Of a stretch of 64,000 nucleotides of DNA, positions 50,923 to 63,540 are shown piece by piece; position 1 is the stretch's first letter, and each line of letters opens with the position of its first letter. This DNA is from Octopus vulgaris (Eukaryota). Where the stretch lies: NCBI GenBank assembly GCA_951406725.2, contig OX597826.1, positions 63,798,001 to 63,862,000 of the forward strand. The letters run 5' to 3'. Position numbers and translations under genes: made by a program. Under the pieces are notes generated by a model. It saw only the letters and a list, made by a program, of their open reading frames with translations, made no database searches and had not been told where the DNA came from.

Positions 50923-53900
50923 GTGAGTTTCTTATTCTAGTTTGGGTTGATTATCTTATTAAGTAAACTTAATTTAATTAAGGATTTTTTTCTTTTCCCC
51001 TTCCCTACTCCTTCCTTTCTGTGTGCGCCTGATTAAATAAAATATTTATATATGTGTGTATATATATTTATATCTATAGAGTATGGAAATTTTGCTTCAA
51101 TCTTCATCTTAATTCTTTTCCCAGTTAGAAATTTTTAAGTTGATTAAAATTTGAAATTTTAGTTTTTGTAAACTGAAATGGGGAGAGTGATGAAATGAAT
51201 AAAAACATTTTAAAAAATACAGTAAGAAGTTGAATTAAATTCAGTTAAAAAAAAAAAGGTATGAACATATCTTCTACTTGTTGCAGTCATTGGACTGTGG
51301 CCATGCTGTGGCACTGTCTTGAAGGGTTTAGTCAAACAAATTGACGCCAGTACTTCTTTTTTAAGTCTGGTACTTATTCTATCACTCTCTTTTGTCAAAC
51401 CACTAAGTCATGAGGATGTAAACAAACCAACATCGGTTATCAGGTTGGGGGGGAGGGACAAACACAACACAAAAACACACACACACATATATATACATGA
51501 CAAGCTTCCTCTCAGTTTCCGCCTGCCAAATTTACTCAAAAGGCATTGGTCAGCTCAGTAGAAGATACTTGCACAATGGGACTAAACCTATAACCAACCA
51601 CATGGTTGTAAAACGAGCTTCTTAACTCCATAACGAAGATATTCTAAATGTGAGAAGCAAAAAATTATTTCAGATTCCTTTCCTTTTTTCCTCTACTTAA
51701 TTTCGGTTTATGAAAACAAAATCCCAGTTGTAACCTCTTGAAATTTCAGTCTGGTGGAAGGAAGATGATTTCCATCTCTTATATATATATACACATACAT
51801 ACATATATAAATATATAATATGTATAATACATTCGATAGTTTTCTAAGGTTAGAATTAATTGTTCTTATAATCTTGCTCTTCTCTCTACAGTCATAGTGC
51901 TTCTTTGTTACAGCATGTGTGACATACCCGTTTTCAACAGACCCTATCTTTCTTCTAAACTCCAAAAAAGATTTCTTTCTAGACTCAACCATTTGATTTA
52001 CTTACTTCTGAATACACCTTGAGCTATCTTTCTTTTTGGTACTCTACTCATCAACTCCCTTACCTGTGTGACCAATCTCTTTTCTTCTGGTTTGAAACTT
52101 CGGCTCTGTATTCATTGGAATGTATCTGATGTTTCTGGCAATAAACAAGTTTAGAAACAGTAATATAACATATTACTACTTAACAAATTTTCCTATCCAG
52201 TTGGCTGGGTAACATTATTTTAAACATATCTTATAAATGAAAGGTTGTGTTTGCAAATAATTCCGTGGCCTGCTAGCAATTCTCTTTTCTATTTTGAGTG
52301 TGCTTAAGATTGCCAAACAATAATTATACAAATTTAAGATGTCTTTTTTTTTTTTAAAAAAGAAAAAGGACATTTTGTTTGTTTTCTAAAAGACTTAAAC
52401 AATAATAAATTATAATTATAGTATTTAATATTATTTTCTCTGTGATTACCAGTCTATTCTGCACTGGCTGTCATGCATGTTGCTTTCATTGGTTTTCATA
52501 AAATTTGCATGTCCTGGAATGCTGGATAAAATGCAATAATTGAAAAAAGAAAAAAAATGCTTGATCTATGACTAGTTTGTAGAGATTGTTTAATTTCAAT
52601 ATTATTGTCATATCATATATAACAAAGCTAAAACTTGCTAATGTTTTGACTTTCTAGTTATTTCTTATATATTTTATTTATTCAATGAATTGGGATGCTT
52701 TGTCTTTTCTTTGGTATTATCTTCAAACTTTATTAGTAACAGTTATTCAAGTGGTTCTTGAAGTACAAGGTAGCATCTGAGAGGAAGTGGGGGGACTAAA
52801 ACAGCATAGTAATTAAGTAGCTGTAGCCATGTTATATGTATATATATTTATATTCATTTGTTTTAAAGCTCAGACTTAACTCAATCAAAACGAATAGCTA
52901 AAATTCTGTGTATTCAGGACTTTCTCCTCTTGTACATCAAAAACTCCAACACCATTCTGATCAAATTGAAAATCCTACTGTTGAAACTATTAACACTGAA
53001 AATGTTATTGTCGGTAAGGTTACGGACTTTTTTTCCAGTCTACATGTAATATCAGTATGAAATTATGACTAATTGGTTGTCATAAAGAGAGAAGTGCAAG
53101 GTATAACAACAATAAAGGAGGTGGGTGTGGACCTCAACTTAACTATTTGTAAAATATGTGCTTAGTCTGTTACCATGGTTTCTTAACTGATTACCACAGC
53201 AGATTGCTAGGAGTATCATAAGTATTATCAAACACATACAATATTTTGATTGCTAAAGTAGAAGTATCCTTGGATTTTTTTTTTTTTTTCCAAAAGCAAT
53301 TCAAAACCTTAATTACTATAATGTTACCAGCAAAATAAGTTTAAGTGTTGTCTTATATTATGGTGGGTGGTCATGGAGATAATTAAAGCTTGTAAAGAGT
53401 ACAGTCAATTATATAAGATCCAGAAAGTTAAAAGGCAAAGTTGACCTTAGGGATTTGAACTGAGAACTGTAAATAAATACCAGAAATTTTGTCCAGCCCT
53501 CTAATGATTCTTTCAATTCATGGTCCTTGTAGTAGTCAAACACTAAGCTGTTTGATTACTGTTGAACGGTTTTCAATTAGCTGAACAACTCAAAAGGAAG
53601 TCAAAACTCTTTCCTTGGAAAGTCAACATTTTGTAACATGAATCCATGTTTTCATGACCAAGACAATTTTCTATATCCCAGTTTGCATAGCTATAAGTAG
53701 GTATGATGGGTAGGAATGAGATAGTTTAAAAACGTCTCAAACAATCAGGAAAGGAATCGGTTAAATTTTGACATTAAACGTATCCCCATTAGTATAATTT
53801 TTCTGCCACAATTTAGTACTATAAAGCACTAATATGCATTTGACACATCTGCTGAAGAGTGTGTTGCCAACTGCCTTGATTTCATCTTTGGCGATTACCA

Positions 53901-54277
53901 GCATCCAAAGATCTGACCTCATTATTTCTCTGTCTGTGACTGCCCATCTTCAATAGCATACAGCACATTTTTTATTTAAATTCTTCAAGAAAGGAAATAA
54001 ATTTTATTCCTACTTTACAAGGCTCATATGTTATGATTTTTATCAAAAGCATTTGTTACCTGGAATAAATATATTTAACCAAGAATTGAAAATGAGTTGC
54101 GCAAACTAAACTGGCCAGGGGTTTACCTTTCATTGTACATTGATTTTTCTGCATGAGACCCAGGTCAGCCCTGAGCAAATTTATGATAAGAAGCATTCTA
54201 ACCATGACCAGTTTATCTTTGTATGACATAGTCTTACATACACAAGTGTGATTTGATTGATATTTCAAGCCAAATAA

Positions 54278-54507
54278 CCATGGTTCTCAATTATTTTTGC
54301 CTATGGACCCTCTTTGATTCCTATTTCACTCAGCTGAACCCTCAAAGCCATTTGATGTTTAAAAAAAAAATCCTACAATACCATTGTAATTAAATAGGAA
54401 TTGTATAAAAAAATTTTAATATTTTGTGTACTGTGGAGATATAACCAATTTATTGCACATAAATTTCTACACAAAAATCTTATATGGACCTCAGTTGAGA
54501 ACCACTG
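54278..54507. mobile_element. Decayed hAT (Charlie-like) MITE
   Basis: Ends ccatggttctcaa / ttgagaaccactg; repeated ggaccc subterminal motifs; no clear TSD. Confidence 0.6.
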
Positions 54508-55033
54508 ATGCAGAGGGTCCCTGGAATTACTGTATTTGAAGGGAAAAATGTTATTAGTACATTAAAGCTTATGAGAGTCCTGACTTTGCATATAGCACCC
54601 TAGGACATCCTTTTGAGACAAGTTTTTGGGGAAAAAAAGTCCATCTTATATGCCATCAAATATGGTAGATATAGAGATTTAATATAACCTATAATACTGT
54701 CTTGAATCACACATTCCATTTCTGTGACTCCCACCTTTATCTGAACAAGGTATAAGGGAGCTTAATTGTTTCCTACTTTTCAAAGCTAGAATATCTAAAA
54801 TATAGAAACAGGATAGTACTAATGATTAAATGAAATTCTCAACCCTTCAGTGAATGTTAGTTCATTCAGAATTAAATAGGATAATTAGTGACTAGAAATA
54901 GTTTTAAAAGATCTTTCAGTTTGCACAAATTCAAGACAAAAACTAAATTTTTTTTTCTCTTTCACACTCACACATAAACAATTTATTGAAACTCCAAAGA
55001 ATTTAATAATGATAATATTTATATAATTTTACC

Positions 55034-55415
55034 TTAATCTTTTAGCATTCAGATCTGTCCAGTGTAATGCTTACTTATTTATTCACATTGTTATGAAAGA
55101 ATCATGCATTATCTCGAAGCTATGAGATTTCAGTGATACGATTGTTTATTTATAGAATTACATTGTAGGATAAGTGTGATAAGCTGGATCTGGACAGTTT
55201 AACTTTTTAGCATTCAAACCAGCCATATCCAGCCAAAATATTCTGTTTTATGTACAAACTGGCCAGATCTGGCCTCTGCCATCTACAGTATAATTTCACT
55301 CTAAAATAAACAATCATCAACGTCTCAAAGCTAGAAGATAATGCATGATGAATTGAAAAACAATGTGAGTAAATAAGCATTACATTTGACAGAATAATCT
55401 GAATGCTAAAGAGTT
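55034..55415. mobile_element. Head-to-head pair of piggyBac-like MITE copies
   Basis: A minus-orientation partial copy at 55034-55200 abuts a plus copy at about 55201-55415, both of the 56936 family. Confidence 0.8.
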
Positions 55416-55491
55416 ACATGAAAAGTTGTGGTTTATGCATTTGTTGAAGTTCTGTTTCCTTATTGACTAATTACAATATTTTTTTTTCCAG

Positions 55492-55608
55492 GCTGTACAG
55501 AAAAAAAAAATCGATTATTAAGTAAAATACATTGCTCGCATGTTCTTCAATTAAAATTTTAGCTTCTCTTTAAAAAAAGCATGTATTACAATGTTTAGAA
55601 TCTGATGT
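55492..55608 (+). other. Predicted alternative acceptor or cassette upstream of the terminal exon
   Basis: Branch-like gactaat near 55465, T9-ccag acceptor; in-frame TAG at 55560-55562; possible gtgagt donor at 55609. Confidence 0.45.
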
Positions 55609-55726
55609 GTGAGTGTGTGAACATTGTAGAAGTGAAATTAATCTTTCTGTATACGAATAATATTCTGATTAGAATCGATTCTGTCGTCACAATCCTTGAA
55701 TTTCTTTTGTCCCCTGTTTTTGTTAG

Positions 55727-55965
55727 GAACAATCCTCAATACACCAGGGAATATATTCGGTACATCAGGAAGCACAACAACACAGCCAGGACTGCTCGGT
55801 ACACAACCCAACGCCGCAACTGGAGCAGCATTCTCATTTAATAATCTGTCGACAACGCAACCCAACTTTGCTACCGGAGATGGACAACAGTTAGCTGGAG
55901 GCCAAAACAGAGCTTTTCAATTACAAAAACCACCTCCACCAGCCAGTAAGCGGGGCAAACGGTAA
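55727..55965 (+). CDS. NUP58: NUP58 terminal coding exon ending AFQLQKPPPPASKRGKR*
   Basis: Pyrimidine tract plus tgttag acceptor, phase 1; the C-terminus matches vertebrate LQLKKPPAGNKRGKR; TAA ends at 55965. Confidence 0.96.
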
Positions 55966-56269
55966 TGTTTGACAATGTAAAGCTGAGCCAGATGACAAGC
56001 ACATTTTGTACATACGTAAAAATGTTTCAAAAAGATCTAAATTAAAATGAATGTTTGACTATTTCTACTATCATCCACATTAATAATACACTGAATTCTA
56101 ACTTTGTTTTTAAGATAATTATATGTAAAAGTAAAAACAAAAAATACAATACTTTTCTGTGTTATTTTTATAATTAAAAGCAAAATTACTCAGACATTGT
56201 ATTTTCTTCCTCACAGAATCCATTTGACTTCATCTGTAATTTTTGCCATTTGTCATTAAACATCTCAAC

Positions 56270-56275
56270 AATAAA
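56270..56275 (+). terminator. Probable poly(A) signal of NUP58
   Basis: AATAAA about 300 nt after the stop, followed about 20-50 nt later by a GT/T-rich tract (ctgtgttgctcaattttctattgtttagtttt). Confidence 0.6.
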
Positions 56276-56935
56276 AGCAACTTTTAACAACATATCTGTG
56301 TTGCTCAATTTTCTATTGTTTAGTTTTGATATATTCATATTAGTAAAACTTCATTTTACTATAAATTCTTTGACCAACATACTGTAATACTTAATTCACT
56401 TGGCAACCCTGTACATCCTTATCACTGCACTGTACCACACCAATGTGCTATGATGTATAGGTAGATGTACTGCCAAAAATAGTTCATTTTTAATAAATGT
56501 AACACAAACTAAAAATTCTAAATAAAGTACCTAATTTTTTTGTAAGCCAAATGGTTTAAACATTCACATTGCAAGTGAAATTGGACAGACAGAAACTGTA
56601 TCAAAGCCCATTGGCTAGATTATCCCTGTACTTTAAAGTTACAACCTTGTCACTGTGACATACTGATTCCACCACAGAATTATATTAAGTGTACATGTGC
56701 CTGTGGACTGTTTTGCCACTTACAAACTAAATCAATGAGCAATTAATTCAGTTGATCAAACAACTGAATCCTCATTGATGGAATCAATGAAAATCTATTT
56801 TATTTAGAGGCTAAACTATGTAAAGAACTTTTTCTGGTTCACCATACTTCAACTTCGTACAAAAAAATACACCAAAATATTTATATATGTTCTTAAGTTT
56901 GTCATGTGTAAAAGTTTGGAAACCACTGCCTTAAA

Positions 56936-57156
56936 CCCTTTAGCATTCAAACCGGCCATATCCGGCCAAAAGTATTCTGCCTGTTTTATGTTCAAACTGG
57001 CCAGATCTGGTCTCTCACACCAGCCCTACAATATCGTTTTAAAAATTAACAGCTACCACATCAAAATCTCAAAGCTCCAAGATAATGCCTGATTAGTTCA
57101 AGGCAATGTGGATAAAAAAGGATTAATTTTGGCAGAATAATGCGAACACTAAAGGG
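56936..57156 (+). mobile_element. piggyBac-like MITE (main family)
   Basis: ccctttagcattc ... gaacactaaaggg-ttaa terminal inverted ends at a TTAA-like site; other copies at about 12045, 14790, 16269, 22765 and 40250. Confidence 0.8.
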
Positions 57157-59543
57157 TTAAACTATGTAATATCCAAGATTGAAATGATTTCAACTTAAGT
57201 AATTAGTAACAAAAATTCAATACAAAGCATAAAGGATGCATTGATGACTGATTTAGATGTTTTCTGCTGACATCATTCTTAAATTTCATTGTCAGTGCCA
57301 TTTTAGTCTCTTTTTTTTTATGAATCACAAGAGTTCAATAGATTTGTTGAGCACCTCAACCTACATTTCAACAAAGGCTGACTCTAAAAAATAGATAGTG
57401 CAAACATATGAAGGCTATGCCAACAGCTGATTTACTAATTGCATCAACCAAACAATGAAGAAGTTTTATAGTAAACTTCTATTCAAAGAGATGAGATATA
57501 GATGGAGTCCAAAGGCAGCCAATGGAGCTATAAGGAGGTTCTCATGAAAGACATAAGGTTTTCTGATGTTAAGAGCAACAACAGTGAACTGTGAATCCAC
57601 CATGTTCAAGAATATAAGACCTCTAGTGTGAGACACAGGAAAGTAAATCTCTTGTACATCTAGTTCTATATAAACAATGCTGGTGATCACTGAAAATGGA
57701 GAGAGACTCAGTGGGATGAAGGACATTGTATCCATTACCATTGAAGTGTCCAAAATGCAGGCAGGGTTAAAGAAGTTTTTTGTGGGGAATGGCACACTTG
57801 CAGGAGTCTAAAGATCAGATCAAATCTCATGCAGAGAAAATAAGAGTGTGATGCTGAGGTTGGCAAAGTCGTCAATACTGACTCCTGGGAGTCATCTATG
57901 TGGCTATCTGAGGAGCAATAAATATTAAATATTCTAACTATAAACATAGTATGACTGAATTTTTATTGTCCTTTATCAATTTCATCAAGTATTTTGATTA
58001 AATTTTTTGAAATATTTCTTAAGTGGTGATGCCACAAAAGAATGAGGGAATTATTGTTTTTAAATTGAGAAATTTTTCATTACTTATACTTTTAAATTTT
58101 AGTTTACATATTTGCATGATTGCATTCAATAAGTTATCAATAATTCCATGAAGAGGTCAATGGTAATAAGAAGCTAGCTGACCCCTGTTGTAGAGTTTGA
58201 TGAGGAAAGGAGCTAGCTGTAGGGAAGAGGAACATCATTAGCACAAATCAACTTGTCTGGGTTGAAGTGATCAGGAAAATGTTCACACTTGGTGACTACG
58301 CACATGGAAATGTGAGACATTGGTCTGAGAGGAATGATGAATATGACAGTGAGACTGAGACTGATTGATCTGAAAGGTGTAGCAGATATGCAATGTGGAC
58401 TTGGATGTTTATTAAGCTAACAAATAGACTTTTAAAAAAGTTTGTTCTTTTACTAAACTTCACCCCAAATTTTGGATTATTTTGAAAATTACTAGAAAAC
58501 AGCAGTAAAATAATGAATACATGAAAATTAAACTGGGGCTCTGTCGGTAACAACAAAGGTTCCAGTTGATTCAATCAACAGAAAAACCTTCTCATGAAAT
58601 TAATATGTAATAGGCTGAGCACTCCACAGACACATGTACCCTTAAAGTAGTTCTCATGGAAATTCAGCATGACACAGAATGGCCCTCTGAATTACAGCTA
58701 CAACTCATTTTTGCCAACTAAGTGGACTAGAGCAAGATAAAATAAAGTACCTTGTCCAAGGACACAATACACCACCAGAAATTAAGCTCACAACCTTACT
58801 GTCATGACCCGAATATCCCTAGCCACTAAACCACAGGTCTCCACATACATGGAAATAAACAGTAGAGATTTAAGGATCAACAGTTTGAGTAAGTAGAGGT
58901 CTAAGAATCAATAGGGCATAGTTTCCCATTAATGTTGTACTATGTTCTAATCAAAGACACTTAATCATTGTGGTGTTCTTGTTTTTTGTATTATTTGAAT
59001 TCTTTTCAGAAAGATGTGACCAATGTGTAACAATAATTTTAAAATATTCCTCAAAATATTTTTAAAATATAAAAATCCTGAGAAAAATAAAGCACTGAAA
59101 ATGTTCATTGTGAACAAAAACTGTACCAAAAGCAGACAAGTTGAACATAGTAGAAATAACATTTGTAATAAACAAACAAAATAGCAAACTAACCACTGAG
59201 ATTACTTATTAAAGGATTTCCATGTAAACTCTTTTCTGTTGGTAGTAAACTCAACAAATATTGTAACTGATGGGGACAGGACATAGCTGTAGTGCTTTGA
59301 TAAGAGCTGCTGCTATATATCCAACCTTGTTCAGGTTTAGTCAGACATAGCTTAAAACATCTACCATGAAGTGGTAGAGTTGTTGGTTAACCCCAGGCTG
59401 GGTAGATTTATGCAAGCACAGCTTTGTGGTTAAGAAATTTACTTCACCACTATATGGTTTTCGTTCAGTTGCACTAAACAGCACCTTCAGCAAAGGTCTA
59501 CTAAAGCTTTATGAGTTAAATTTGATAGACAGACACTCTATGG

Positions 59544-59744
59544 CAGTGCTTTTCAAACTATTTGCTGAAGCGGAACCCCAAGGAAACATTCCACAGGCCC
59601 GAGGAACCCCTGTGCAATAATTTAATTGTCCTATGCACACATATCTGCACAGGAGAATTAAAAATTACTGTTGATTTTAGCATTTTTGTAACTTCTTGCT
59701 GAACCCCTAGACTGTACTGGTGGAACTCTGGTTGAAAACCACTG
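59544..59744. mobile_element. hAT MITE with perfect 8-bp TSD
   Basis: TIRs cagtgcttttcaaac / gttgaaaaccactg; TSD ctctatgg at 59536-59543 and 59745-59752; inserted in a decayed SINE. Confidence 0.92.
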
Positions 59745-60109
59745 CTCTATGGAAACCTATGAGACAGACTCTTCCTGTTCTTGGATAGGGAAAAAAAAAC
59801 AAGCTACACAGTCATAAATTCAAATCATATTACAATTACGGCACTTAGTTATTTTGGTTAAGCGATTCCTGTAGAAAGAACATTCAACAGTAAAAATATT
59901 TTCCAACAAAGAAAAAAAAAAAAGACAACTGTATACTGGTGCATACAATTTTTTTTATATATAGTTTGTCAGGTGAGGGAAATGTGAAAAACCACAAATC
60001 ATGGGATGGGTTGCTTCAGAAGGAAGTAGCACATCAAGAAATCAAGTTATCCTCAAACCTGATCTGAATGCTTGTAGCAAGGTTGAATCCCCTAAAGATG
60101 TCCAAGAGC

Positions 60110-60320
60110 CTATTGTTGTCTAGCCTCAGATTAGCTTAATTGAGCAGGCCAATGATCAAAAGGTGTTCTAGCATTAACAATCTGGTCTTTTCCTAGAGAT
60201 TGCTTATCTAGGTATTAGATCATATGTGTCCTCCTCTTTTCAAGATGGTAGGTTGTAATTTGAGTGGGGTTGGCTGCTATTTCTAACATGTTAAATGACT
60301 ATGTAGAGATTCTTTATTGG
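60110..60320 (+). repeat. Unclassified interspersed repeat family
   Basis: Motif ..tgatcaaa(g)g..ttc(c/t)agc..gatttga..ttggctgctatttcta..gacc/tatgtagag recurs at about 4250, 4620, 9500, 15085, 31590 and 46550 in both orientations. Confidence 0.6.
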
Positions 60321-63300
60321 CTGGCTGGCTGACCTGTTCTACCTCAAGGTCCAGTCCTTGTGGTGTGGTGGTTTGTGTGTCTCAGTGAGCCTAAGAGCTA
60401 AGCCAGCAGAGTGCAAGTTCCTGGTAAGGTGTATTCCATTCTGGGCAGGCCAGTGGATAGAGGCCAGACTAATATGGGTCACCTCTTTGTAAAGTTAAAA
60501 ATAGATTTGTATAGGGCCAATATTCCTACCTAGAAAAAGCAATGTTACAGAAGCAGTGATAACAATTCAAAACAAACAAGACCTGGGAGAAGGCTTTTCC
60601 TTAGAAAAATGTGATACAGTGCAGCAAAATCTAATAGAAAGCTGCAAGGAAATAGAAGGTCCATCAGGAGAGAAGCAGAAAAGACAGCCTAGAGACGATA
60701 AACACTGAAGAAAAGCCATTGATGGCATATACTCTATAGGAAGTAAAAGACTTAAGTGACAGTATTTTGAAACAGAAGTAACATTTAGAAAACAAGTAAA
60801 AAAAATTTTGGTAAAAACATGTGTGCATGTATGTATGTATATGTATATATATGTATTCCATGCAATGTTATATATATATTTATTTCACAGATTGACATTA
60901 CATTTAAGAGTGTAATTCATATTTACAAGCCAAATATACACAACTTTATTTAAGCAATGAGAGAATATCACCTCACCTCAAACTTCCACTTTTTATCAGA
61001 TCTTTTGGGATCTTTTGTTCAAGTTTTGTGGGGTTTTTTTAGTCAGATCTTTTTCAAATTTTAATATAGATTTATTTTTCAATTTTTTTTTTTTGTAATT
61101 TAATGAATAAAATAATTTTAATTTTTTAGAATTTTTGTTTTATTTGTTTGTTTGTTTTTTTTTTTTGTAATATTACTGCAACTTATTAATATATCTTCAA
61201 ATTTGGGCATTAAACACTTAAAAATAGATTTGTTAGAAAATGGAGATATTTGCTAAAACAATAAAACTGTACAAAGATAAAATATAGAAATGCATATATC
61301 AAATCTTGTAAAGATTAGGGGAAAAAAAAAGAATCTCGAAAGGATTTTTATAACAAATCTATATACAGATAAGACAAGATCAGGTTATCAAAAACATTTC
61401 AAGAGTGGGTATTAAGAACATTAACCAAATAATACAAACTTAAATTACCAAATCAGTAATATAAGGCTGTATCGTTTTTTTTTTTTTCCTTTTTAAACAC
61501 TCAACTTGTGGAATCAAGTTAATCCTTATAATGCCTTTCATTTATTATCACTTCTTCCTGATATAAGTACGAAAGCAGATATCAAACCTTAAGCTACAAA
61601 ATTTCAAGTTATAAACAACAATAAGACATTATGAAGCATTTTGGTTCCTCTATACTTCTAGTTGTAGAGCTAATGCAAATTGAAAAAATCTCAGCTGCAC
61701 AGAGGGACTAAACTATCAATCTCTATCTTAGAGTCATGTATGAGATGTTTTGGTGCCACTTATTTGACAATAGCTGATCCAGCACTGATTTATTTGACAT
61801 CATGTTTCTTCAATGTTTTTCTCAAGCTCTCTCTCTCTCTCTCTCTCTTTTAGTGTTTATATGTTAGCATATTTCTCTATATCTATGAGGAGCAGGGAAA
61901 GTTTTTGCCAATCATATTCAATTAATAAAGTGTAATCTCTCTCTCTCTCACACACACACACACACTTTCAATCTGTATGTGTATATTTCTAAACATGTAT
62001 GATTGAGTGTTTGCTTCCAGCACCAAAAAGGTACTGTCACCAAAACAAACCGAATGTCCAGTTGACAGTGTCAAATCCTGTGTCCACACAGTTGTGCCAA
62101 GTCATCTCATTCCATTTAGAGTGCTATGATTCAACAGCTGACCCTTGATGCTTTCCTAATAAGAAAGCAGTGTTAAATAGTTCTTCATTTGGTTAAAACA
62201 TTATTAGGCTTCTAACCACACTAGAACATTCTTAATTATTAAACATTAGTATAGCAATTAAATGATGATAGCATTGCTTCTATATTTTCTCATTATCCAA
62301 TAACTGAGCAACACGATACAACTGAAAAAATTATTGGGGTAAATCTTCAAAAAGGAACAATAAATACATTTAGTTTGTATTGTATGATGATTGTTGCCAA
62401 ATTAGAGTTTACTTTCATATGCAAAAGATCACAGCAGTATGACATTGTCTAAATAGTATTGTATTTCAAAAATAATTCATATTTTGGAGGCAGAACTATT
62501 GCTAGAAAAAATACTCTGAGATTCTCAGAATAGTAAAATTATATTAATCTGATATGTAAATTTTTATATATTTTTTTTTTGTATAAATTTAGAAATAAAT
62601 CTTATTTTTAAAAAAAATAATAACAAGAATAACAATTAGTTGATATGATTGATCTAAAATTATTCAAACAATTCAATGATGTTTAAATATTAATTTGTTA
62701 CACATGTTGGTATAATACCTTGCAATTATAGGGTTTGAATCAAGAAACTGTGCAACATTCATCATTCTGTTCACAAGAGCATTAGCAATCAAGGTAAGTT
62801 GATTTAAACTGGATGCAAGCGGGAATCGAAACTAAAGACCCAGATTTTGATTGCCAGGAGTTCATTTATACTCCAAAGTGTTCTTCACCGCACAATGATA
62901 TTTAGATATAGATATATATATTAAAAGAAACTTAGTGTAAGTTTTCAAATATGAAAAAAAACCTACACTGAAATCAATTTAATCAGTCACTGAAGAGCAA
63001 GAAACTATTTTAACAGGGAGCCCATCAAGAATGAAAGCTTCATTTTATAATGGCAAGAATGAGTACTTGCAATAAAATAACAGGACAAAATATATCTGGA
63101 AACCAAGTCAGAAATGCATGATATAACGTAACTTATAGCATAACATATTGAATTTACAGGTGTAGTAGAATCCAAGCAACTACGTAGCAGTAATAAAACA
63201 AGTTATAATATGATATATAGAATATGAGACAGTATTTTTTGATTGGTATATCAGTTGGTGGGTGGATACAGTTTCACAGTTTAATCAAACATTTGCATCG

Positions 63301-63540
63301 ACTTCTTATTTAGGTGCATGACCCTTATTTAGGTGCATTCAATGATTGAGGGTATATTTTCGTTCTTATTTCTTTTTAATTTAAAATTACTGGTAGCAGG
63401 AAATTTGACAATGATAACAAAATAAAAATTAATCAATACATTTTTAAATAGTTAAAAAGAAAAAACAGAGCAATTTATTTACAAGACAGAATTTAGCAAA
63501 ACCGAGTAAATTAAAACCCAATTTTATATATATATGTATA

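Larger units (their letters stand above)
3961..55965 (+). other. NUP58: NUP58/NUPL1 nucleoporin gene span (14 coding exons visible, 5' end not found)
   Basis: The spliced translation follows the recalled vertebrate Nup58 sequence motif by motif: GLGGVDPK, SKVLKETQLP, ISRMSTKSMIKVQTDL, ELKN, APTDYF, LKEKYLNYRRIFLGD..DVFE, GPNPF, and C-terminal LQKPPP.SKRGKR*. All junctions are GT-AG with consistent phase. Confidence 0.95.
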
